A stretch of 62,447 nucleotides of DNA, the filler included, from Squatina squatina (lineage: Eukaryota), in NCBI GenBank assembly GCA_031763465.1. It is 3 parts of 3 records of this genome, joined end to end, with 100 filler letters (N's around TTAATTAATTAA, not from the genome) between each part and the next. Parts side by side here need not be neighbours in the genome. Positions count along the whole stretch, not along the records: positions 1 to 16,731 come from JARFOE010000219.1; 2 more parts are not named here. One strand, written 5' to 3'. Each line of letters starts with the position of its first letter. Position 1 is the stretch's first letter. A model generated the notes under the pieces. That model did not search any database. It was not told the origin of the DNA and worked only from the letters and a program-made list of their open reading frames with translations. Shown here piece by piece: positions 1 through 13,015 of the stretch. Both the position numbers and the translations under genes were made by a program.

Positions 1-105
1 GCTGCTGCGTTTCCTACATTACAACAGTGACTACGTTCCAAAAGTACTTTATTGACTGTAAAGCGCTTTGGTCGTGAAAGGTGCTATATAAATGCATGCC
101 TTTCT
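1..105 (+). mobile_element. SacSINE1/DeuSINE-type SINE 3' tail
   Basis: tttcctacattacaacagtgact...gtaaagcgctttgg...gaaaggtgctatataaatgca matches other copies in the window. Confidence 0.8.
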
Positions 106-506
106 TATTTTTCCTTTGCTTTTTAATTTTCTGTAACATTTCAGGCTAAAACATCTGGATAGGAATAAAAACATATCACACATCAATGCTAAATTCATAG
201 ATGCTTTGAACTTTTTGATGGGAATTACACTTTTGCTTCCAGTTTCCTCATCTGATTTTATTTTTCCGATGTTTCTTTTTTCTGCAGTCCAAGCATTTAA
301 CCAAATGCATATGCTGTATTTGGTTTTTTCGAGTAAATGTCACTATCTGGTTCTGCTGCTTCATCTGTGAAGCTCCCCCTACTGGCATCATTATCACCTA
401 AATTGCAGCTAATTTTTGTGCAAAGTTTATCTGATATGAAATTATTTTCATCTAGCTTAAATATGCCTTGTAGAAATTTTTAAAATGTTAATATTTTTCT
501 TGGTAG

Positions 507-603
507 GCTCGAAAGCTAGATGTTTATTTTGAATACGAAGAAAAATTGATGAGCAAGTCCACGCTGGATAAATCCCTACTGGATATGATCTCTGATCCTG
601 ATG
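507..603 (+). CDS. SCFD1: SCFD1 (Sly1) internal exon
   Basis: AG/GT bounded; ARKLDVYFEYEEKLMSKSTLDKSLLDMISDPD is near-identical to recalled human SCFD1. Confidence 0.95.
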
Positions 604-2250
604 GTAACTATTAAATTTAAAATTAAAAACTTCAAATTAGATACAAATACTCATTCTTTGTATTTCTGCTAACATTTTAATTGATATTGTATTTCTGTAA
701 TTCAAATATTCCCAAATTATTAACAGTAAATGGATAGAGAAAAAGATTTAGTTCCATAATTCAGGAAATTTTAATTTTACTCCACAGAGAGAAAGTGTAT
801 AGGATATATATATATGTATGTGTGTCCTTACAGGTTGCTTTGTTCCCAATCCTTCCAGGACATGCACATCTTTTGAGAGTGGACCTTCTTCTAGGTGCCT
901 CCACATGTGTATCAGAGCTCCTGGGTAAAATATACCTATCAAAGTCTTCTTTATGCCTCCTTATAGCAGCATAGCTGACATTAGGAAATCAGTAGAATAG
1001 GGAATGAATTATATCCCTCCATTCAACAGCAGCACATGTTGGTTTTATAGCACAAAGCACTTCTTCTCCNNNNNNNNNNNNNNNNNNNNNNNNNNNNNNN
1101 NNNNNNNNNNNNNNNNNNNNNNNNNNNNNNNNNNNNNNNNNNNNNNNNNNNNNNNNNNNNNNNNNNNNNGGGTGAATTCTGCAGCTATTACTTTGCTAAT
1201 GCACTACTCCAAGAATATGCAAAAGTGTATTTAGTTGGTAAACAAGGGTAAATCAGGACTAAGCCCAGCCCATGGACAAAATGGAATCACTTTCCAATTT
1301 CACACTTCCAGCAAAGACCTTCCCCCTCCAGGGGCACATATTGGAAAGTTGGGTCGGTGAAAGTTAAGGTTAATGGATGAATCCCTAAAAATACCCCTAA
1401 ATCGTCTACTCTTAATAATTAAAGTAATTTTTTGCACTAAAAAAACAAAATAATTTACATTAAGCAATGTAAGTAACGGCAAAGGGGAAATTTAGTGATA
1501 AAAATTAAATTTTAAGATCATTTTAATTAAGCAAGTTTGAATCAAGAGGAGTTGTTGACTCTAGTCTTTTCTCTAATTTAGAATTTTTTCTTAATTCTTA
1601 ATTAGAAATGTTTCATAAATTCCTATCCAGCAGTCATGTTATTGAAAGAATTGATTTCCGTTTATTGCTCGGGATAAACTTTTCTCCGTAATTTACCCCC
1701 ATTCTCGATTTAGGATAGTAACTCCTGCAGATTTTTAAGCACCGGCAGCCCTCCATAGCCTCACCCAAGCAGATATTCTTAATAGATAAGCTCAGGCAGT
1801 CAGTGTTGGCTGGCTATTCACCATGAGGTGGGAAGCATGTGCATTTTGTAACAGTGGGACCCCTGGCTGTATCTGTCGTCTATCTTCCCCTNNNNNNNNN
1901 NAAGAACCGCCCCCATTCGTGTTCTCTGGGAATGGTCATTAATTTACCCATCCTTGCCAGAGGAAAATACCACTCAGGCACAACTTCTTTGGGACTTAAA
2001 TCATCAAAAATTGTTCTTCATTCTGTTTTGCTCTTTGGTATTCTCCAGTGTATAATTGGTTCTGTAGCATAATTTAATAAAACTTTTGTCAACCAATGCA
2101 ATAACATGACTGAAAAGTTTAGAATTTATTTCCTGTAATATCCTTTCTCTTTCCTAAATTAAAGCAAAGCTTATTTTGGAAAAGAAAATCTGCAAGCAGT
2201 TTGGAACTGTATGTTTTCTGTCTCCTAAATAAAATTATTTATACCAACAG

Positions 2251-2330
2251 GTTGACCTAGAACAATATAAAAAAGCGCTGACTGATGCCGGATGCAATCT
2301 GGCTGCTTTGAATTACATCAAACGATGGAA
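2251..2330 (+). CDS. SCFD1: SCFD1 internal exon
   Basis: AG/GT bounded; VDLEQYKKALTDAGCNLAALNYIKRWK. Confidence 0.95.
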
Positions 2331-3387
2331 GTAAGTAAGAACCGCACTGAGAATAGCTTTATTATCAAGGGAACAGCAAATTATTGGGCAACACATGAAT
2401 ATAAACCACAAGAGCAAAACCAAAACAGGAACCATATCCTAAAAGTGTGTGTGTTACAGTTTTGAATGTATGCTCAACCAATTTTTATTCATTATTAAAA
2501 AATGGTTGATTGAAGATGTCAGAATTGAGACATTTTGAAACCAGGTATGAAATTGAACGTGACTGAATCTCAAGCTGAGGCTCCAAGAGGGAAAACACCA
2601 CTAGTGATTAAGTGCCACTTGAGTTCAAAAGTTTCAAACACTGAAACTAATCTTAATAGCTGTAGCAAAGAACAGGATTACCAAAGAACCTCATGAAGAC
2701 TCAGTCTGTGATTGCAAAAGCCGCAAGAAGATTGCTTTAAAAAAAAAAATCCCCTATGTGAGCACTATAGGTCAGCAACTTGTGTAATATACACAAAAAG
2801 ACAAAGGATCTGTTCAGAATGAAGCTCTGACTTGATTGAAAATATCAAGTGATTTTCTCTATTGTCCAACTGCCCGCAAGCCATGAGTTGGAGGGATTTC
2901 CTATTTATATGTGGAGATTGAATATTAGTTGGAGAATAAAATATACTATACCTACTCCAAGTAATCTAACATTCTGTTGTTCCAATTTGGGTGAAAATGC
3001 AAAGGAATGGTCTTCTGGCTTTTAAGGTTTTGCAAAGATGTATTTTTTCATTACTGTATAAGAACCTAACATACAGCAAGTAAAAATACATCTAACTCCT
3101 TTAGCTTGCTTCACGCCAAAATAAAAAGTACATTTTTTCATTGTCAAGGGGCAGTGAAAAATCCAAGCAAGGTGAATCGCAACTGGTAAAGCTTTTAAGA
3201 GGGTTCTCCCTCACCCATGATGGTAATTGGTTCAGATATTTGTCCAGCTTGTTAAGGACATTAATCAGTATAACTACTTCTGCTATGGAACTCCATTCCA
3301 CAGATTTACAGCTCTAGGGATATTTTGGGGAAAATGTTTTCTAATCTCTAGATTCACTTTAATTATTTAATGTATCTTTATTTACAG

Positions 3388-3450
3388 AGCATTTGCCAAA
3401 ATGGCTTCAGCTCCTGCTAACTTTGGAGGCAGTGGACCAAAACCAACAAG
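3388..3450 (+). CDS. SCFD1: SCFD1 internal exon
   Basis: AG/GT bounded, phase-compatible with previous exon; AFAKMASAPANFGGSGPKPT. Confidence 0.92.
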
Positions 3451-3620
3451 GTACGTGGTGTTACAACAGTGTAATTCTGATACAATCCTACTGGATTGGA
3501 AAGATGGGGTCGTTAAAAAAATTTCTATTTTGGAAAGCAGTTTTGACCTAGTAGGAAATATAGAGCTGACCAGTAATTTGATAACACTTGGTTGTGCAAA
3601 ATAAATGTACTGTCCATCGT

Positions 3621-4205
3621 TACAGAATAGAAACGAGCCATTTGGCCCATTAATTCGCCATTAGTGTTTTTCTCCATGAGCCATCTAATCTGATCCCACT
3701 TTTCTCATCAGTTCTCATATCCTACAATTTTCTTTTTCAAGAAGCTATCTCATTCTCTTTTAAAGGCACTTATGGACTCTGCTTCAACAGCAGCGTGGGG
3801 CAGAGAATTCCACTCTAAGCCCCCTCTGTAAAGAAGTTTTTTCTAAACTCCCCTTTAGCCCTTGAGTTTGTACCTACTCATTAACATCCGACCAACCAAT
3901 GGAAACTATCAGTACTTACCTGATCATAACCCTTAATAATTTTGAAGACCTCTATCAGGTCATCGCTCAACCTTCACCGTTCTGCTGAAAAAAGACCCAA
4001 CTTCTTATTTCTTTCTTCATAAATGTCACCTTGTCACTCTCATCTTGGGAACATCCTAATAAAGCTACATTGCACCAAGTCCATTGCTTTTATATCTTTC
4101 ATATAATGGGATTCCCAAAGCTTCATCCAGCTGTGGTCTAACTAAGGTCTTGTACAAGTTTAACATTACCTCCTTGCTTTTATATTCTATTCCTCAAGAA
4201 CCCCA
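3621..4205 (-). mobile_element. CR1 LINE 3' fragment, degenerate
   Basis: Minus strand encodes a relic of the EVMLNLYKTLVRPQL motif followed by a CR1-like 3' end. Confidence 0.75.
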
Positions 4206-4305
4206 NNNNNNNNNNNNNNNNNNNNNNNNNNNNNNNNNNNNNNNNNNNNNNNNNNNNNNNNNNNNNNNNNNNNNNNNNNNNNNNNNNNNNNNNNNNNNNN
4301 NNNNN

Positions 4306-4410
4306 GGGGGTACGGTCGAACATCAGTGTGGTACGGGGGGTACGATGTGACATCAGTGTGGTACCGGGGGGTACGGTGGGACATCAGTGTGGTACGGAGG
4401 GTACGGTAGG
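4306..4410 (+). repeat. Minisatellite with about 30-bp unit (gggggtacggtgggacatcagtgtggtac), about 3.5 copies visible
   Basis: Direct tandem repeats abutting the gap. Confidence 0.85.
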
Positions 4411-4532
4411 TATAAACGGCCTGGAGATGACAGCGTTTACCTGATTAATCTGACAAAAGTGCAGCTAATGATGTGTGTGAGATGCAAACCCTGAAAAGTG
4501 AGTTAAAAATAGAAAATTAAATTGCTTTTTAC

Positions 4533-4674
4533 CCTCACAAGGAGACTGGTTAAAAGCAGGTTTCTGGAGAAGGTGATGTTCAGGCTGGTGTTGTAGGCAT
4601 TTTCTCTCCTGTTCTCCAACAGCACTGTCGCTGACACCCTCTGCCGACTGTTCTTGACAATGTAAGGTCTCTGT
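4533..4674 (-). CDS. ITGA10: Isolated integrin alpha exon (calf region), most like ITGA10
   Basis: tttcag acceptor and gtaaaa donor on minus strand; QRPYIVKNSRQRVSATVLLENRRENAYNTSLNITFSRNLLLTSLLVR vs recalled human ITGA10 LENRKENAYNTSLSLIFSRNL. ITGA11 is the alternative. Confidence 0.75.
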
Positions 4675-4724
4675 CTGAAATAAAGATTGCAATTCATTAA
4701 AAATATCGCAACAAAAATACATTG

Positions 4725-5090
4725 ACTCCCGGCTCAATGGGTAAATACAGGAATGTTTTGGGTCTGATTCCTGGGTCCGTGCTCAGTGAGCTGATCTCAG
4801 CACCATCTGTATTAGGCTCGGTATCGGTAGGCTTGAGAGGGTTATCAGCCCTGTTCCCTGCTCCTGATCACTCTCCAGGAACCCATGCTGGAAACTGGAC
4901 AGTTCTGGACAGGAGGCAAGGGCAGGATCCAGCTAGGCTGCTTGGTTGAATAGCTCACTGACATTCTCTGTCACAGCTCACACATGAAGTTTAGGCATTT
5001 AGGTGAGGTATTGGTGGGCAGCTGATATCTGTAAAACCTGTACTCCAGGCATCAGGAGAGGAAGAGGGAAAACATTGGGAGGAAGAAGTT
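4725..5090 (+). mobile_element. Second tRNA-derived SINE family, unclassified
   Basis: Box A-like ggctcaatgggtaa and gagctgatctcagc core; related copies near 6560-6650, 48860-49420 and 61210-61520 on the minus strand. Confidence 0.6.
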
Positions 5091-5724
5091 AATGTAGGCT
5101 TTATTAGAAGATGATTGTGGCATGTTAGGATATTTATTTTACAATATTAAGTTTACTTATGTCCATAAATTACATTCTAATTTAAAAGGTAGTGAACACG
5201 TTCTACATATATTCTGATGCTATGAAAATAGGAAACGACCAGTAATATATTCACAGAACTAAATTCAGTTGTGCTAAGAAAATATTACACCCCTCGTGCA
5301 GAATACTGTAGTAATTTATGTTAAGACTAAAGTGTAGAGCACATAATTTAATATTGTACAGCTCCTTTTATAGCTAATATCTTAGTAATTAACTTAATCC
5401 TATCTAGTTCCAAGTTTTGTCAGAATTATCTAGGTTTGGATAATTGTGTTTTATTATCCATATAATTAAAACAGGACAATTGGACATATGTTTTTGCTGC
5501 TGATTATGTGTATTCTTTCAAAATCTGATTCACATTTCACACTTAAGCAATTAAAAATAGAGATAATATTGTTATAGCTTGTGTTTTTGAATTCACCTTG
5601 TTATTTACATGGCCTGGAACAGCCAATTTAAAAGATCACAGAGGGCAAAATAGACCAAAATTTAAATGTGAAATGTGCTGTTGTCCAAATACTAGTTCAT
5701 GAAGTTTGTTTGTTTATTTTCTAG

Positions 5725-5790
5725 GCCATTGTCTTTGTTGTTGGAGGTGGAAATTATATTGAATATCAGAATCTTGTTGATTACACAAAG
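5725..5790 (+). CDS. SCFD1: SCFD1 near-terminal exon
   Basis: AG/GT bounded; AIVFVVGGGNYIEYQNLVDYTK, Sec1/Munc18 C-terminal motif. Confidence 0.95.
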
Positions 5791-7015
5791 GTAAGATGAC
5801 ATTTAATACTGGAACAGCACAATATATTCAAGGGTGTTAAGTGAGCCTAGGGGCAAGATCTATGAAATACTGACAGTCATCAGGAGAGAGTCCATGTACA
5901 GCGAAAGTCTTACTGCCATGGAAACAAGCCAACATAGTAACTATATACAAGGAAGGGGGAAAGCCTATGGGATCAATTATTAAGAGCAAATTTTAAACAG
6001 TATCTACATGAGAATAATCTGATGAATAGAAGCCAACATGNNNNNNNNNNNNNNNNNNNNNNNNNNNNNNNNNNNNNNNNNNNNNNNNNNNNNNNNNNNN
6101 NNNNNNNNNNNNNNNNNNNNNNNNNNNNNNNNNNNNNNNNCATTACAAGGTGGAGAGAGCACAGATGGCACAGTTTAATACCCCAGTGTCACCCTTTATT
6201 TACATACTGCCCCATGTGCTTTCTTGTAATATTATAATTCTTGTAATTCCATTTATTTGATAATTCTTGGATGTAATTTCTGTCATTTTTAACACCAACC
6301 TGTACATCATGTAACTGTACAAATAGTTGAAATAAATCTGAAAATAAAAATCTTTGTGGTATTAAATGGAATTATTTACCCTAAAAATAGTGATTTGTAT
6401 ATGCTGTTTTTATTTTGCGATATATCGTACCTATTAGGACATATAAAAACAAAAATTAGAATGCAGGTCGCTAGACAGCAATCAGGAGTGGGACGTTGGC
6501 TAATTTTTTTTCACCCCCAGCTAAGAATTGTTGTACTCTTACTGGCCCTCCTTCAGCTGAAATCGACTAAATGACCAGCAATTGAACTATCCCAATCTGT
6601 ACGGATCAGTGTCGCACCATGCAATGCTTTCATGCACTGGGTGGTAGGGGTGCTTTTCCTAAATGCTAAAATATGTGACACAGAAAAAACAATCCATTGA
6701 TTTCAGGAAAGAATTGCTGTATATCTTGCCTTAGATACTTGGCTATGAAATTGTCCAGGCTCTTGGGCATTCTACAGGAATCCATTTAATATTGTAATAC
6801 TGCAGTGCAGTTCTTGGTGCAGTTCTGTGAGCTATGTAATTAGCTCTTCCTAGTGGGAGAATCTGGTACTGCTTCAGTTTATCTCACGGGTCCAATGGGC
6901 TTTTACATTGATAATNNNNNNNNNNNNNNNNNNNNNNNNNNNNNNNNNNNNNNNNNNNNNNNNNNNNNNNNNNNNNNNNNNNNNNNNNNNNNNNNNNNNN
7001 NNNNNNNNNNNNNNN

Positions 7016-7205
7016 GTGATGTTGTTTGAGGGATAATTATTGGCCAAGACACCAGGGATAACTCCCCTGTTCTTGTTCGAATTGGCCATGGGATCTTTTA
7101 CATTCACCTGAGGCAGATATAGCCACAGTTTAACATTTCTGCCAAAAGACAGCACCTCCAACAATGCAGCACTCCCTTGGTGCGCCACTAAAGTGTCAGC
7201 CGAGA
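7016..7205 (-). mobile_element. SacSINE1/DeuSINE-type SINE fragment
   Basis: Reverse complement of the core caggtgaatgtaaaagatcccatggc. Confidence 0.8.
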
Positions 7206-8742
7206 TGATGTCCTTTCCAATTCCTCAATACACCAGAAGATAGTTGGAGATTTTTTTTAAGCAGGACTGGTTTCCTGAAAATCTAACTATTCATAATGAA
7301 TGATAAACTTCCTGGATAAATCTCCAGGAAACTGTATGAACATGGGTCTTAACCTTTTTTAACAAGAAAAAAAAGTAGTTTTGATATTTTGCAAATTGTC
7401 ACACCAGTTCCAGTTGTTGCATCTTCAGGGACATTTAACTGAGAAGTAGTTGTCTTATTAGAAATTCTGCTATATGTGTTTGATGTGCACATTAAAAGTC
7501 AAAATGACAAATATTTAACCATGGTATTAGTCATTTACTGCCCAATAAATGCCCTTACATCAACTTTAGAAAAATCTTTGATTTAATACTATAAACCAGA
7601 ATGGCAAATGCGTACCTGGCACCAAAAATTATTTCCTGTCTGCAATGGAAGAAAATTCAGTGGCTTGTTGTCTAACATCAAGGTTAATGAAAGGTTTGCT
7701 CTATTTGAATTTTCTATAAGATCTATGGCTTCTCCATGGGAACCTGAATTTAGTATTAAACAAGCTACTGTTACATCTGGGCATACGGCCACATTGTACT
7801 GATATATATTTATTCTGGAAGACGGCCTTTCTAGTAGCAATCCTAATTGGAAGACGGGTTAGTTCACTAAAAACATTGGACAGTGATTCTCCTTTCAAAC
7901 TGTTTAAAGGAGGACGGAATTAATATATATTTCATGGCTCACTGTTTAGCTAAATTCCTTGCCATCGTAAGTTCAGTCCTGTGACCTTTCCAACTTCTGC
8001 AGAGTAAACAATTTTAACAACAGTCCAAAGTCCTAAGCACACCCATCATTATCACCATGACACAAAGCCTTGGTTACTTTTTGAGTCTATACTCAGGTTG
8101 CACAAGAAGAAAACATTTAGGTGATTACAAACTTGAATTTTGTTAAACAAAATGATTATGGTTTCAATCAGAAACCTGCCTTTCAAATGCCCACATTTGA
8201 CAATTATATTTTAAATGGAAAAATATTATGGACAAACTTTTGCTACTAGATAATCTTTCCTTTAGAAGTTGGACTTGATGAATATTAAGATGTTGATAGC
8301 ACCAAAATATTCGAGAGAGAATTACAAATTGTCAGACAAGCTAAAGAGTACCCATAAAAATAGTGTTAAGTTCCATAATCTCAATAGGGAAGAAATCTCA
8401 TAGTTTTAACAAAATAGTCACAGGATATTCAGTCCATTCTCATTTCATGTGTAATATTTCAGACAATAACCTATATGATTTTAAGTGGTTCTGTATATGA
8501 TTTTAAATATTAGACAAAACATTATTGATAATACTCTCATTGTATTGATTGCATTCTTCCCTATTCAATTTTAAGTGATGACAATGGTGGTACTGAGTTC
8601 CTTNNNNNNNNNNNNNNNNNNNNNNNNNNNNNNNNNNNNNNNNNNNNNNNNNNNNNNNNNNNNNNNNNNNNNNNNNNNNNNNNNNNNNNNNNNNNNNNNN
8701 NNNTCTAACAGATCGAAAAGCAATTCTTTCTTCAACCGACAG

Positions 8743-8890
8743 AGTGCAAAGCTGATATTGCCTTCTTGCTCGATGGAAGCTGGAATCTTGGAAAACGCAG
8801 ATTTAACTTACAGAAGAATTTTATCATTAGAATCACCAATTTACTTGGAATCGGACCACAAGGACCACTTGTTGGCATAGTACAAGTCAG
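8743..8890 (+). CDS. COCH: Cochlin exon, start of vWA1 domain
   Basis: AG/GT bounded; [49 protein letters not shown]; SCFD1-COCH-STRN3 synteny favours COCH over VIT. Confidence 0.9.
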
Positions 8891-9047
8891 GTAAACAAAG
8901 TGGGATAAGATTGTGCAAAATTCCTTTCTAAATCTTTGCATAAGTCAGACCTGACCAACATTTGCACCTTGTCAGTGAAAACGCATTGGTATAAGAAGAG
9001 TTACAATGATGGTGTTTTCAGTTTTGTTTTATGTGTTATTTATACAG

Positions 9048-9151
9048 TGACAATCCTAAAACTGAGTTCATCTTAAAAGACTTCACTAATGCAAAGGATG
9101 TCGCCACTGCCATCAAAAACGTCACATATAGAGGGGGCAGCACCAATGTTG
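9048..9151 (+). CDS. COCH: Cochlin exon, vWA1 domain
   Basis: AG/GT bounded, phase-compatible; DNPKTEFILKDFTNAKDVATAIKNVTYRGGSTNVG. Confidence 0.9.
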
Positions 9152-10459
9152 GTGAGTGACATGTTCTCTTAACAATGTCCTTTTTAATGTTATTCCCACT
9201 TCTTATGCATTTTTAATGTTGGGAATTTTGTGCTTTTCATAAAGTCTACTTCTTTCACTCTTCTCCCAAACACTTGATCAAACTGCCAATTTGGAACTAC
9301 ATATTGTCCCAAAAAAATAATTAGCACAGGGAAGAATCCTAGGAACAAAATAATATTGCTTATCCATACCCATTTTTCTCTTTTACTGTAGTTTGTACAT
9401 ATTATTCCCTAACCAAGAGAGCATACAGTTCTTATTGTGCCATTTCTGTAACCAACAGTTACAAGGTGCAAGTCTTATCTCCACCATCTCTTCTGGATAA
9501 TCCAACTTTGAGAGGGAACACACCATGTGGATGATTCCAGGGGAGAAACTCAGCTCATCGCTCCTTGATGCAGTGCATTGATAAACCACTGTACTGCACC
9601 TCCTGACCTGTACACTGGTTTAGGTTCATGAGGCTTGGAAAGTGATTTTTCTTTAGGAATTGTCTGATTTTCACATTTTCTGGTGTAGGTAATTAGTTAT
9701 TCTGTGTTTGTGTTGTGGCTGGTTCCAGAACACCTGGTTATCAATGGAGAGTGAGCAGTTTTCACCAATGTCATTAAATCTGCACTTTTTCCAGACAGTT
9801 ACACACAGACTCGCTGGCAGCGATTTAAAAAATCTATAAACAGTAAATCANNNNNNNNNNNNNNNNNNNNNNNNNNNNNNNNNNNNNNNNNNNNNNNNNN
9901 NNNNNNNNNNNNNNNNNNNNNNNNNNNNNNNNNNNNNNNNNNNNNNNNNNAGCTACACATTGAGGCAAAATGTGCTGAACAATTTGGGAGTGAAGTCGCT
10001 GGGCTGAATTCCGTTTTGTTGTGTGAGCGCATCTCAGGGTGGTAACCTCACACTGCTTCATTGCCACTGCAAGCAATAACAAACAAACTTTAAAACGTTT
10101 TTCTCTCCACAGATGCTGTTTGACCTGGTGAGACTTTCCAGCAATTTTTGTTTGTAAACTTTAAAAGGTTCCGTCGTATGGGAATACTTCATTTTTAAGC
10201 GTTAGCAAGAACCAACATTGGTTTCTTTATTAACATTAAAAACTTAACCACCGTTTGGCCATTTGTAAACAGAGAGCCAGCCGTGTAATTCAAAACTGCC
10301 AACTCCACAGTTACTGGTGTCAAATATGCAAAATAATAGCATCATGAATGACTGAACAGTGAACGTCTCCAATATCAACAGCAAGTGTGTCAGAAATTCC
10401 AGACTGTTACCACAGTAATGCTCAATATTTGATTTCTGATTGTTTTTCTCCATTCCCAG

Positions 10460-10870
10460 ATTGTTTGCAAAAACAATGGATTATTTTCCTACGCTATCCC
10501 AAACTGGTTTGGGATGNNNNNNNNNNAGTGAACCTTGGCTTCATCATCGATGGATCCAGCAGCGTTGGCGATACCAATTTCCGCATCGTTTTGGACTTCA
10601 TCTCTGAAATTGTGAAACCCTTTGACATTCATCAGATCGGTACAAGAGTTGGCGCTGTACAATTCACATATGATCAGAGAACTGAATTTGAATTTGATGA
10701 AAATTTAACAAAGGATGAAGTGCTAAATGCCATCAGTAACATCCGTTACTGGAGTGGTGGCACTGCCACTGGGGAAGCAATTACTTACGCCACAAAGAAC
10801 CTGTTTGGAAAACTGAAGAACAACAACATCAACGTGCTGATCGTCATCACTGATGGTCAATCTTATGATG
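10460..10870 (+). CDS. COCH: Cochlin large exon (end of vWA1 plus vWA2), interrupted and 3'-truncated by N gaps
   Basis: [18 protein letters not shown], gap, then [14 protein letters not shown]...[11 protein letters not shown]...SGGTATG...VITDGQSYD with MIDAS motifs. Confidence 0.92.
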
Positions 10871-11960
10871 NNNNNNNNNNNNNNNNNNNNNNNNNNNNNN
10901 NNNNNNNNNNNNNNNNNNNNNNNNNNNNNNNNNNNNNNNNNNNNNNNNNNNNNNNNNNNNNNNNNNNNNNNNNNNNNNNNNNNNNNNNNNNNNNNNNNNN
11001 NNNNNNNNNNNNNNNNNNNNNNNNNNNNNNNNNNNNNNNNNNNNNNNNNNNNNNNNNNNNNNNNNNNNNNNNNNNNNNNNNNNNNNNNNNNNNNNNNNNN
11101 NNNNNNNNNNNNNNNNNNNNNNNNNNNNNNNNNNNNNNNNNNNNNNNNNNNNNNNNNNNNNNNNNNNNNNNNNNNNNNNNNNTTAATTCAAGTTTCTGTC
11201 CAATTGTTACTAGAAGTGACTTCTGTTCATGCCTCTGATGGCAAGGATAAATTTGGGAACTTCCTGTGAATGCAATTATGACCACAATCATACATACTAA
11301 TACTAGTGTGCACTCACAAATATTGTAAAATAATTAAGTTGAATAATTAGAGATAAAATCATTGCTCTGGTGCACCTCGACAGTAGATTTTACAAAAGAC
11401 AGTGTATTCTAAAATATACCACTAATTTGCAACAATATTGCATTCAGCTGGAATACAGACTTAAGAACAGCTATCTTAAACAACAGAAATAGGCACCCCA
11501 AAATGACATTTTAAAGGTTTAATTTTGAATAAATAAGACATTAGCATTTCTAGTGATCATATGCTGCCATTGAAAGAAAGCATCGTAAAAGAAAAACTTG
11601 CATTTATATAGTGTCTTAAAGAATTCTGTTTGGAGTGTGATGACTGTCAGTGGCCTTGGTCATTGCTAAAAGTTAACAGAATGAAATTAAATAAAATAAC
11701 AATTGCTGAGAAGAGTGGCTTTCAGAAACTATTCTTTAAAAGGATGTACACTAACTAATCAGTCAGCTACAGAAAAGCATATTTTCTTTAGGTTCCATGT
11801 TAGAACCAAAAATTGATAGAGAAATTGAAAGTGACAGCAACTTGGACATCAGAATTATCCCCCTTGGAAGTTTATGCACATAACCTAATGTAATATTGGG
11901 TTGGTTTTTAACACTGAAATGTTTGTCTTAGGAGTTTACGATTTTTAACATTTTTTTTAG

Positions 11961-12136
11961 GTACCATAATATATTCTGTTGGAATTTCATGGGCAATTCA
12001 AGATGAACTCAGAGCAATGGCTTCAGAACCCAAAGATTCGCATAGTCTCTTTGTGAAAGATTTCCCGCTGGTCAACAAGTTTGTGCCTGATATCCTTAAA
12101 GTCATTTGCAAAGATTATTCAGTACTAGCAAACTGA
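11961..12136 (+). CDS. COCH: Cochlin last coding exon
   Basis: tttttag acceptor; GTIIYSVGISWAIQDELRAMASEPKDSHSLFVKDF...ICKDYSVLAN then TGA. Confidence 0.9.
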
Positions 12137-12593
12137 TCCAGCTGCTACCATGCGCCTTGATATTCAAAGGAAATTCACTGCCTATTGCCAACAACATATT
12201 AGATCTCTTATGATGATACTAACAAACATGCTAGTGCAATATTTTGTAGAAATCTAGGCCTAAATATTAACATAAAGTACTGCATGTGCTATTTCTCCTA
12301 CTTTACAAATTATTCAAAATGAAATCAGGAATGAAGTCACTGTTAATGAAAAGGAAGGACTGTATCCTATGGCCTTAAATGAATTGCCTTCTTAGCTGTG
12401 CAAGTACTTTGCAATAATATAATGAATTAGTTAATATAATCAAAGAAATCCCTCAAATGAGGCGGAGCATACTCTCAATTTTCTTCGTTATCCTGACTGG
12501 AATCCCCTTCCTGCTGACTTTCCGTTGAGATTTTTTTGTCCATTTGCCAGCTGTACTCTCATTCATTGCATTGATGATGCTGTAAAGTGCGAG

Positions 12594-13015
12594 GTTAGCT
12601 CAGTAGGCAGTCCCTGTGAGAAGGTCATGGGATCGAGTCCCACTCCGGAGACTTGAGCACATAATCTAGGCTGGCACTTGAGTGCAGTACTGAGAGAATG
12701 CTGCACTGTTGCAGGGACCAGTTTTCGGATGAGACGTTAAACCGAGGCCCCGCCTGCTATCTCAGGTGGATGTAAAAGATCCCATGGCACTATTTCAAGA
12801 AGAGCAGGGGAGTTCTCCTCAGTGTTTTGGCCAATATTTATCCTTCAACCACCAAAAACATCAACAGGTCATTTGCTGTTAATGGGATCTTACTGTGCAC
12901 AAATTGGCCAGCTTATTTGTTTACATAGCAACACTGAATTGAAAAACTAACTCATGGACGTGAAACACCATAGGATGCTCTGAGACTGTGACAAGCTACT
13001 GATTCAAGTTCTTTC
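12594..13015 (+). mobile_element. Near full-length SacSINE1/DeuSINE-type SINE
   Basis: tRNA-like head (gctcagtagg...gggatcgagtccc), core gtggatgtaaaagatcccatggcactattt and tail. Confidence 0.88.

Noticed and set aside
834-894. AG/GT-bounded segment in an SCFD1 intron
   Set aside because: Translation does not match the expected next SCFD1 exon (GTPEDKMRLF…), which is presumably in a gap
1892-2108. Minus-strand frame with one in-frame TGA (…IPKSKTE*RTIFDDLSPKEVVPEWYF…), considered as a selenoprotein or pseudogene
   Set aside because: No recognisable family and no SECIS seen; it lies in an SCFD1 intron, so chance is the simplest explanation
10516-10527. Apparent frameshift and deletion in COCH
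   Set aside because: Coincides with a 10-N placeholder gap that hides roughly 25 codons; not a mutation
10853-11291. Long ORFs made mostly of X in the ORF track (also 31287-31688 and many others)
   Set aside because: Artefacts of translating through N gaps
12594-12670. tRNA-like sequence (also at 13606 and 29040-29110)
   Set aside because: These are SINE heads continuing directly into SINE body; no complete cloverleaf
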